Positions 1 through 7,292 of a DNA stretch of 40,923 nt are shown here, one piece after another. Source of the DNA: Candidatus Eiseniibacteriota bacterium (GTDB lineage Bacteria; Eisenbacteria; RBG-16-71-46; CAIMUX01; VGJL01); the NCBI GenBank assembly GCA_041946735.1, contig JBHGAY010000036.1:1-40923 (forward strand), given 5' to 3'. Each line of letters opens with the position of its first letter. The first letter of the stretch is position 1. Position numbers and translations under genes: made by a program. Under the pieces are notes generated by a model, which was not told the DNA's origin, made no database searches, and saw only the letters and a program-made list of their open reading frames with translations.

Positions 1-151
1 GTCCTGGAGCACCAGGAGCAGTACGACTCGCAGTGGGCGGCCATCTGCTCGATCGCGGAAGATCGGCTGCTCGGCGGAGGCCTTGCGGAAGTGGGTACGC
101 CGCCTGCGTCCGGGGCTGACCACCGATGAGCGCCGACGCTTGAAGGAGTTA
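1..151 (+). mobile_element. IS3-family transposase OrfA remnant (frameshifted, internally deleted, truncated)
   Basis: 1-60 reads VLEHQEQYDSQWAAICSIAE. After a frameshift, 62-151 reads IGCSAEALRKWVRR-LRPGLTTDERRRLKEL. This is the typical IS3/IS51-group OrfA HTH, but it lacks the usual AERDAG-like segment and the downstream leucine zipper and OrfB. Confidence 0.8.
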
Positions 152-185
152 TACATCTCGGGTCCCTTCCTCAGGGCCTCTGCCC

Positions 186-1730
186 TCATCTGCAAGAGGG
201 AAGAGTTGAAACTAGGCCCATGTTGTCCCACACTTGTAGACGTCCGCCCGTAACGACGAACCAGAGGCCGTCCGGATTGTCTTCGCCGGGTGCAACATGG
301 TACTCTGATCCGCCTGCCGTAGAGATCGGGTCGCTTAGCCGGAATGCCACGTGAAAGTCCTTTGAAAAGATTAGATTCATGACGAGCCGTGCTCTTTCGC
401 GATAGAGCTTCCAAACGCCGCCGCCTATCGAGTTGTCGACCCAGCATCCAAGGGTTTCTTTCCCAACGCTCTCACCGGAACGACGCGCCCCCTCCTCTTT
501 GTCCATCGATGGCCCGAGGATCTTAACTTCCAGTTCCGGGTCAAAGTGGCTGGAAGCCCAGGCACCCGCGCCTACTTGCATACCGGGCAGGTAGTACAGG
601 ATGAAGGTCCGAGCGTATTCGTGAGTGTCCGCCTCTTTGATCTCGACAGCTATGGCCCGGAGCTCCTCAATTGACACCTTGTGGTCGAGAATCACATCGA
701 CCGAGCGCTTCACGCCCGGAAGGCGTTCATCACTTTCAACTCGATAGGTGGTGGAGGGTGTCGCGTCCGCGTCGCTTGACGACGTTGCAGCGTTCCTTCC
801 AGTGGTTGCCGAAACTTGTGGCGCCTCGCCACTCATTCCGCCGTCAGACGCGTCCCCGACAGCCCGAGGAGCCTCCCCAGCCGATGGCACGCCGGAAGCG
901 GAGCTTTCCGCCGGGGAACCGCCCGCGTCGCGCACGGATCTCGCCTCATCTAGCGCCTTACCAAGCGCAGCAACCAAAACGAATGCTACCGCTTCTCTGT
1001 CACCCTCCGGCATGGACGTCCATGCTCTCAGGACTTCCTCCCCGGAGAGATCCTTGAGTGTTAGGGTGCAACTCATCGGATCTCCATCGCGCATCTTGCA
1101 CTCCAGGATGCCCTCAATACCGAGAGAGGCTGCCAGGGGTTTCAGTCTCCCGGACTGCATCGCTGCGTCAAGTTCCTCGTCCGCTAGGCTGTGGGCGAGC
1201 TTGGCACCTGATACCGTTTCGAAGCCGATTTCTCGAGCCGCACTTTCCATGGCTCTTGTGAACTCCTGACTTGACGGATCCCGGCTGGCTGAACTGGGCA
1301 GATTCGCAAGGCACGCGATAGTCCGCGGCAGACGCCTGTGCTCGGCGATCTGGATCCGCATCTCCTCGAAAGCGAGTACGAACGCGCCGTCCTCATAGCT
1401 TAGTCCAAAACGAGGTTTGGCTGCCCGTGGTGCAACGTGTACCTCGAGTGTCCGTTCGCCGCGCTCAAGGTAAATGACCACTACAGACCCGGATTGCACT
1501 CGGCTGAGTAGCCTTGATAGCTCATTCGAGTCGAGAATGGGTCGATCGTTAATCTGTACGATTACATCACCTGGCTCGATCCCTGCAGTCGCGCAGGGTG
1601 ATCCTTCCGTCAGTGATGTCACAACGGCTCCGTTAGTCCTCAGTCCCGCTCCGGCCGCTATCGCGACGATGCAGGCCTCAGTCGCCAAGATCAAGAGCGA
1701 TTGAATGATGCGACGGACCTCGTCCTTCAT
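186..1730 (-). CDS. Exported PDZ-domain protein with uncharacterised C-terminal domains
   Basis: ATG at 1730 follows a purine-rich SD. A hydrophobic N-terminal segment is followed by the PDZ signature GAVVTSLTEGSPCATAGIEPGDVIVQINDRPI, a Ser/Ala-rich linker and a globular C-terminal region. The gene is visibly more AT-rich than its neighbours. Confidence 0.7.
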   Translation of the reverse strand: MKDEVRRIIQSLLILATEACIVAIAAGAGLRTNGAVVTSLTEGSPCATAGIEPGDVIVQINDRPILDSNELSRLLSRVQSGSVVVIYLERGERTLEVHVAPRAAKPRFGLSYEDGAFVLAFEEMRIQIAEHRRLPRTIACLANLPSSASRDPSSQEFTRAMESAAREIGFETVSGAKLAHSLADEELDAAMQSGRLKPLAASLGIEGILECKMRDGDPMSCTLTLKDLSGEEVLRAWTSMPEGDREAVAFVLVAALGKALDEARSVRDAGGSPAESSASGVPSAGEAPRAVGDASDGGMSGEAPQVSATTGRNAATSSSDADATPSTTYRVESDERLPGVKRSVDVILDHKVSIEELRAIAVEIKEADTHEYARTFILYYLPGMQVGAGAWASSHFDPELEVKILGPSMDKEEGARRSGESVGKETLGCWVDNSIGGGVWKLYRERARLVMNLIFSKDFHVAFRLSDPISTAGGSEYHVAPGEDNPDGLWFVVTGGRLQVWDNMGLVSTLPSCR

Positions 1731-1904
1731 CTCTTTTGTTCCTCTCCATTCGACCACATCAGTATCATCTGGGACGCACACCTCTTCACTATCTCCCGTC
1801 GCGGATATTCTTGAGTACAAGCTGGGGTAAACGTTCTAACGGTTCAAGATGACTGTCGGTTCGCCAGAACCCAACGTTGGGTAGGCTCGCCACGAACTTT
1901 GGGG

Positions 1905-2670
1905 TCACGCCGTTCGCGGCGATCCGCCCGTGGTGGTGCAGGCTCGCAAGGAGCGCCTCGGTCAGGAGGCGCAGCGACGCGACGAGAAACGATCCGGAGC
2001 CGCAGGCAGGATCGCAGACTTTGAGCGCCAGGATCTCCTCGGGCTTCTTCGGCAGCCAGGCGGATGCCGGAGCGTCCTCGTCAGGCTGGCGGTCGGCTCC
2101 GCCGCTCGATGGAGGATCATAGGCAAGCGGCCGCAGCGCCCGCTGGACGGTCGGCACGGCAAGCTCGGGGCGCGTGTAGAAGGTCCCCGCTCCCTTACAC
2201 GTCCCTCCCCAGCGGACCAGGTACCACTCGCCGGGCAGGATAGTGCGGGCGAGGAGGTTCGCCGCGATCCGGCCGATGTCGGTATCGCTCGCCTTACGGT
2301 TCGCCAGCTTTCCGGCGACGACGGCGCAGCGGGCCCCGGCGAGGGCGCGCGTGCGAGCGCGCCGGCGTTCGCCGGCGTCGGCGCCTTGCTCGTCCTCGGC
2401 GCCGGCAACGGACTCATCGACCGCAGCCTCGTAGGCTGGCTCGGGCTCGGCCACTTGCGCCAGGCCGGAGTCGCCGTCCGCGTCTCCCTCCTCGCCCTCC
2501 CCGGCTTCCCCTCCCTCTTCGCCTCCCTCTTCGCCCCCCTCCGCCGGCTCCGCCTCCGCCGCCTCTTCCTCGCTCTGGGCCTCGGCTTCCTCGCCCTCTC
2601 CGGAGTCCTCCCCCTCGACCGCCGTCTTCGTCTTCTGCTTGAACTTCTTGGGAGATCCGCCTGCGCCTGG
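1905..2670 (-). pseudogene. drmMI: Internal fragment of a type IIG/Eco57I-like N6-adenine DNA methyltransferase (DISARM DrmMI-like)
   Basis: An acidic E-rich tract is followed by GEWYLVRWGGTCKGAGTFYTRPELAVPTVQRALRPLAY and SAM-binding motif I (ILALKVCDPACGSGSFLVASLRLLTEAL). There is no N-terminus and no NPP[YW] motif IV. Boundaries are approximate. Confidence 0.7.
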
Positions 2671-2691
2671 GACTTGACTACCGTATTCTCT

Positions 2692-3057
2692 ATGTGGCCA
2701 AGTTCCAGGAAGCGATCTTTGCATGCGCGGGTCACCATCGCGATTCTGCGGGTTGTCGAAGATCGCGGTCTTCGCGCTGCCGCCGCCGCACGCCTCTTCG
2801 GGATCGGGCAACCGGCCATGCGCCGGCTCCTCCGCGGTCCGGACAACCGCTTCACGATCGACGAGATGGTGCGGATGCTCGCGCGGGCGCATCTCAAGGT
2901 GACGGTTCGAGTGTCGAACGGACGACGGAGGGTTGCGAGGGCGTCGGGTTCGATAGGCGCGGCGGCGCCGGCAAAGAGGGGTGCGCGCCCCGGGGAACTG
3001 ACGAGCAGCGGCCGCAAGGGTGACCATCCGGCAGCCAGAAAGCGGCGTCTGTCTTGA
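2692..3057 (+). CDS. XRE/HigA-like HTH antitoxin-type regulator (orphan, possibly N-terminally truncated)
   Basis: HARVTIAILRVVEDRGLRAAAAARLFGIGQPAMRRLLRGPDNRFTIDEMVRMLARAHLKVTVRV matches the HTH_37/HigA pattern. The start is uncertain. Confidence 0.6.
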   Translation: MWPSSRKRSLHARVTIAILRVVEDRGLRAAAAARLFGIGQPAMRRLLRGPDNRFTIDEMVRMLARAHLKVTVRVSNGRRRVARASGSIGAAAPAKRGARPGELTSSGRKGDHPAARKRRLS

Positions 3058-3176
3058 GCCGAAGCCTGGGCCAGAGCCACAAGGAGTTCGCGACGGCCCC
3101 CGCTAGAGATCGTCCCGATCGGGTCGTCACAGGCGCTCTCCCGCGACGATCGGATCTCCGCATGCGATCAAGTCGG

Positions 3177-3914
3177 TCAATCGCCGTTGCCATAGGATTC
3201 AAGCTCTGCCTGGAGCCGGTCGAACAGGCGATAGAGTTTCACCTCCGCCTTCCGGTCCTTCGTGTGATTCGCCTCGGCGGCGACGTGGCCGAGTAAGTCG
3301 TCGAGGTCGTCCAGCGTGAACCTTCCGACGAACTCCGTGCTACCTGCGGGCTGGAGACGATCTGCATACTCACCACCCATCGTCAGCTCGCGGATCAGCT
3401 TCTTCTCGGCAGCATTGAACCGGACCGGTACCTTCTCACCTTCGGCGATCTTCTTCCGACCACCGGTTAGGATCTGGAGCGGTGGCCTCGGATGCACCGC
3501 GATGAGACGCTCTTTTGGATCTGCCTTGGACCGGTTCTCGTCGGACTGGTGCCGGTTGGCTTTGGCCTGCTTCTTCTTCCCCCAGCCCGCCGCCCGACTG
3601 GATCGCTGCGGACGCTGAGCCCACGGGGTCTCCTGCCAGTTGTGCACGAGCATCGCCACGTCTCCGCAAACCGGGCAACCGGCGACGATCGAACCATCGT
3701 GGTTTCTAGCTACATGCAGAAGACCAGGGCACGGAACCCTATTCGGGCGAAGGGAGCACTCGATCAGAGTCTCTCGCAGCTCACCCGGGGCCAGAGGTGC
3801 GCCATACTCGATCACTCGTGCTACGCGAAGCATGTTTCGCCGCAACCCAAGAGGAGCGAGCGGTATGCTGCCGTCCGGCGAGAGCCAGTGCCAGGGGTCG
3901 ACCACGAGGGTCAT
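3177..3914 (-). CDS. Hypothetical two-domain protein (Cys-rich N-domain plus helical C-domain)
   Basis: ATG at 3914 has a GAGGA SD and lies 2 nt after the upstream stop. The N-domain contains C..PCPGLL..CPVCG..IHNW-like motifs; the C-domain contains FTLDDLDDLLGHVAAEANHTKD. Confidence 0.6.
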   Translation of the reverse strand: MTLVVDPWHWLSPDGSIPLAPLGLRRNMLRVARVIEYGAPLAPGELRETLIECSLRPNRVPCPGLLHVARNHDGSIVAGCPVCGDVAMLVHNWQETPWAQRPQRSSRAAGWGKKKQAKANRHQSDENRSKADPKERLIAVHPRPPLQILTGGRKKIAEGEKVPVRFNAAEKKLIRELTMGGEYADRLQPAGSTEFVGRFTLDDLDDLLGHVAAEANHTKDRKAEVKLYRLFDRLQAELESYGNGD

Positions 3915-3916
3915 GC

Positions 3917-4642
3917 CTACTTCCTCAAATCCCGGAGCGGAACCCACTCCTTCTTAGCGTTCCTGTACTTCCAGAACACCCAGCCGTTCACGTTTCGTCC
4001 GAGGATCGCCTTTGCGGCTCCCGTCGGCGAGTCAAAGATCGCATTGCCGCACCGGATCCATCCGTCAGTTCGCAATGTCGCCTTGTACACCGCATCCTTG
4101 TACCCGGCACGCAACGGCAGCCTGCGATCGACGACGCCCGATAGAACTCGGGTACCCTTTGCCTTTGCTGTCTTGATCCGTCTCCGCCGGGCGGCCACCC
4201 GTCCGCCCAGCAGCCGTGCTCGCTGATCGGCATCCGCATCGCACATCAGTTGGTTCAGCTTGGGGTAGAGGTTCGACGAACTGACGAACTTGCCGCTCAT
4301 CCGGTTCCCGGATGGGACGGTAATGCGAAGGATGAGCGACTCCATCTCCTTGATGTGCTGATCGTGGACGGTCAGATAAACGCTGAACCTGTCCCAGAGG
4401 CCTTGGTGGCGGTCCTTGATGTGTGAACGCAGGCGGGCCATGAGGTTCTTCGCGAGCCCGACGTAGTAGAGCCTGTCTTTGCGATAGAGTGCGTACACTC
4501 CGTGTCGGCCCCGGATGATCTCCTTCACCAGGTCCGGGTATGCTTCGAAGAGGCGCCACGACACGTTCTCCAAGTGCTCGAGCACCAGGCACCGTTCGTG
4601 CTTCGTTACCTTGCCTCTCCTCGAGACTGGACGCGTACTCAC
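3917..4642 (-). CDS. GIY-YIG nuclease with C-terminal RAMA (DUF4357-like) domain
   Basis: HGVYALYRKDRLYYVGLAKNLMARLRSH carries the GIY-YIG motifs and catalytic Arg, with a later E and N. The C-terminal YKATLRTDGWI..FDSPTGAAKAILGRNVNGWVFWKY is RAMA-like. The GTG start overlaps the upstream TGA. Confidence 0.8.
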   Translation of the reverse strand: MSTRPVSRRGKVTKHERCLVLEHLENVSWRLFEAYPDLVKEIIRGRHGVYALYRKDRLYYVGLAKNLMARLRSHIKDRHQGLWDRFSVYLTVHDQHIKEMESLILRITVPSGNRMSGKFVSSSNLYPKLNQLMCDADADQRARLLGGRVAARRRRIKTAKAKGTRVLSGVVDRRLPLRAGYKDAVYKATLRTDGWIRCGNAIFDSPTGAAKAILGRNVNGWVFWKYRNAKKEWVPLRDLRK

Positions 4643-5382
4643 ACCCTCGCCTCCACCGTTACCGGGAACACCTGCGCCGCGCCGTGCAGCGCGTAGCGCT
4701 TCGGGATCAGGAACTTGATGATCCGGTCGCGCTCGAGCTGCTCGCAGAGTTCGGCGGAATGGCGGCGCATCCGATCCAGCTCCTCCTCGCGCGCCTTCTG
4801 GTCCTGCTCCAGCCTGGCGAAGAGCTGCTCCTGGGCGCCGAGATCCAGGTGTAGCTGCTGGCGCACGCGTCGGAACTTCGCCAGCTCCTTCTCGAGGTTC
4901 TGCATGTTGCGCTGGGCTTCACGCTCGGAGATCTCGTGTTGCCTCGCCTGATACCGTTCCTTCTCCGCCTTCAGCGCGTCGTCCAGCTCCCGCTTCAGCA
5001 CGTCCTCGAGCCGCGCCGTCAGCCGCCCCGGCTCCTCCTTCACCCACTGCGGCACATCGCCGGAGACCTCGTCCCACAACTCGCGCGCCCGCTCGACCTC
5101 CGCCGACGGGAGCGCGGTCGGCTCGATCAGGCTCGCGCCCGGCTCCCGCTCCCACAGCAGCCGGTCCTCCAGAGGACCGTCCGCGTCGGTGTACTCAAGG
5201 CTTACAAGATGGAAGCGCCCTTCCGGGCCGGCGTCATGGGGTTCGACTGCCGTGATCAGGGCCCGGCGATTGCGGACGACCGCCAGCATCCCGACTCGCG
5301 GGATCGGCACGGAGGTTGCAGCCGTAGCGGCCATGGCAGGCGTAGCCCCTTGTGAAGCAAGGACCTTCGATTCGCCCCTCAT
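4639..5382 (-). pseudogene. drmD: DISARM SNF2-like helicase DrmD with the helicase core removed by an in-frame deletion
   Basis: The N-terminus PRVGMLAVVRNRRALITAVEP..HLVSLEY..EDRLLWERE..LIEPTALP joins directly (about 5106) to a coiled-coil C-terminus ending LERDRIIKFLIPKRYALHGAAQVFPVTVE. Both ends resemble DrmD termini as I recall them. No Walker A or DEAH motifs are present. Alternative start at 5334. Confidence 0.65.
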
Positions 5383-5469
5383 CGTCCTTCGCGCTCGTCG
5401 CCCCCCCTTCGAGCCGCATTCACGTCCCACCCGGCGAGCATCTGCACATGTGACAGCAAGGCCGGCCAC

Positions 5470-5498
5470 AGACTACGCGGCGTCAGGTGGACGGTCAA
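5470..5498 (-). promoter_or_regulatory. Sigma70-type promoter for the drmD-like operon
   Basis: Minus strand reads TTGACC (5498-5493), 17 nt, TAGTCT (5475-5470), upstream of the drmD-like start. Confidence 0.5.
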
Positions 5499-5727
5499 GG
5501 ATTTCGGTATTCCGGATGAGGCCGAGCGGCACCGGGACGCCCGGTTCCCCTCCGGCCCTACCTCCGGTGACCCGGTTGTCGTGCTCAAGAAGCATTCTGC
5601 GATCGGGGGGGCGTCAGGGGATGACGTAGGCCGAGGCGGATGAATGTCTCCCCGCCTGGGCAGTTCTCGATCCGGCATGCCGGCTGCACACGGCCGGCGC
5701 GTCCGTTCCCCCAACTGGAAGACGCGC

Positions 5728-5985
5728 TTGTCGGAGATTTGCCGCTTCCTTGGTATCTCGATCCGCATGTTCTACGCGGACCACGCGCTCCCCCGCTTCC
5801 ATGCCGTCTATGGACCGCATGAGATCGTTGTCGAGATCTCGACGGCACGTGTCATCGGCACCTTCCCGACTCGCGCAAAACGGCTCGTGCTAGAATGGCG
5901 TCGCTTGCGTGAGGAGGAACTGCGGGCCGATTGGGAGCGGGCACGCAGAAGAGAGCCGCTCGTGAAGATCGAACCCCTGGAGTGA
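5728..5985 (+). CDS. DUF4160 family protein (putative toxin of DUF4160/DUF2442 pair)
   Basis: TTG start; SEICRFLGISIRMFYADHALPRFHAVYG...RLVLEW...EELRADWERARRREPLVKIEPLE. Confidence 0.8.
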   Translation: MSEICRFLGISIRMFYADHALPRFHAVYGPHEIVVEISTARVIGTFPTRAKRLVLEWRRLREEELRADWERARRREPLVKIEPLE

Positions 5986-5988
5986 TCG

Positions 5989-6249
5989 ATGGACTTTGAC
6001 GTGATCGAAGCTCGATACGTCGACGGCTACCGGATCTGGCTCAGGTTCCGCGATGGGACCGAGGGAATCGTCGATCTGGAGCGTCACCTTTGGGGACCGG
6101 TTTTCGAGCCGCTCAAGGACGTGGAGTACTTCCGCAACTTCTCCGTGGATCTGACGCTGACATGGCCGAACGGCGCGGACATTGCGCCGGAGACCCTCTA
6201 CGACGAGGCTGCCGCGAGCAGGACGCGAGAGAGCCAGCATCGGGTCTGA
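5989..6249 (+). CDS. DUF2442 family protein (putative antitoxin)
   Basis: VIEARYVDGYRIWLRFRDGTEGIVDL..GPVFEPLKD..F..TLTWPNGADIAPETLY; starts 3 nt after the DUF4160 stop. Confidence 0.85.
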   Translation: MDFDVIEARYVDGYRIWLRFRDGTEGIVDLERHLWGPVFEPLKDVEYFRNFSVDLTLTWPNGADIAPETLYDEAAASRTRESQHRV

Positions 6250-6284
6250 TCACCGGTTACGCGCGCGGGCAGCGGCTGCCCCCC

Positions 6285-7292
6285 CTACGCGAACGCCTCC
6301 ACGATCTCGCGGACAGACTCCTTCGACGAACCGTAGCTGACGATCGTCGCCTCGATGCCCGAGCGGGCGTGGAGCCGGAGGGCCCGCTTCAGCGCGTCAG
6401 TGATCCACGGAGTCGCATTTCCGAAAGCCCCTCCGCCGAGCAAGGTGAGAAACGCGCGCCGGTTGCCGGTAGCTCGCCGATTCAAGATCGCGGCGCACAG
6501 CGTCGCCTCGTATGCGGCCTCGAGCACCAGGCGTGCGAAAGGCTCCCATAGCTCTGCGGGATGGTCCGTGTATGCCACGGGCAGGGCCGAGCAGTACGCC
6601 TGGGATACGAGATGCTCGCAGCCTCTCAGCGTTACCTGGGTGTCCCATTGGATGCCGATTCGGAGGAGGCTACGAAGCTGGTCCCGCTCGCTCTCCTGCG
6701 CGCCGTCTCCGTGGAGCTGCTCCGCGATCTCGCTTAGTCCCGCCCGGGAAGGCAACGCGTAGCCGTTCCGCATTTGCCAGAGACGCCCCTGGGCGTTGCC
6801 GAGCCTCTCGCCTAGGTCGGCGAGGCAGTCGATCTGGTTGCCGCTCGATTGGCCGACCTTGCCGCGCACGGGCGCGAAGTAGTTTCGATAGATGGTGCCC
6901 GCTCCGGCGGCGACCGCGCAGGCCGGGCCTTGCGTGTGGTCGTTTTCGTAGATGCCGACCCCGCGTTCCGGTGTGACGGACGGCGACACCATTTCGAGGA
7001 GGTTGAACTGCGAAGCGACCTGGAACAGGGCGCCGGCGTTCGCCTCGTCCGCGTGCAGGGCCGCCACGTTGGCGACGACTTCGCGCACGCGAATCGGTCC
7101 CTGGCCGCCCACGGCCCCACTGTCCCTAACACGCGAGCGCAACTCTCCGAGAGACGGCGTCTCCAGCCGGCCGCATCGCATCACCCTGCCGTTCGCCGTG
7201 GAGGTGATCGTCTCACCATCGAGGAGCAGACGCTCCCGCACCTCGGCCGCCGACGTTTCGCGAAAGCCGGTCAGGTCCTCGAACCAGGTCAT
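6285..7292 (-). CDS. Conserved hypothetical protein, macrodomain/PARG-like
   Basis: The true start MTWFEDLTGF at 7292 overlaps the ATPase stop (ATGA). Motifs: ALFQVASQFNLLEM, YENDHTQGPACA, SQAYCSALP, LTLLGGGAFGN. Confidence 0.75.
   Translation of the reverse strand: MTWFEDLTGFRETSAAEVRERLLLDGETITSTANGRVMRCGRLETPSLGELRSRVRDSGAVGGQGPIRVREVVANVAALHADEANAGALFQVASQFNLLEMVSPSVTPERGVGIYENDHTQGPACAVAAGAGTIYRNYFAPVRGKVGQSSGNQIDCLADLGERLGNAQGRLWQMRNGYALPSRAGLSEIAEQLHGDGAQESERDQLRSLLRIGIQWDTQVTLRGCEHLVSQAYCSALPVAYTDHPAELWEPFARLVLEAAYEATLCAAILNRRATGNRRAFLTLLGGGAFGNATPWITDALKRALRLHARSGIEATIVSYGSSKESVREIVEAFA

Noticed and set aside
1869..1882. Perfect palindrome ACCCAACGTTGGGT resembling integron attC core sites (RYYYAAC/GTTRRRY)
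   Set aside because: The two boxes are directly adjacent with no L boxes or spacer, there is no second copy, and no integrase is present in the window.
1789..3027. 412-aa ORF read as a complete methyltransferase
   Set aside because: Only about 2670-1905 is MTase-like. The N-terminal part is the antisense of the HTH gene, and catalytic motif IV is absent.
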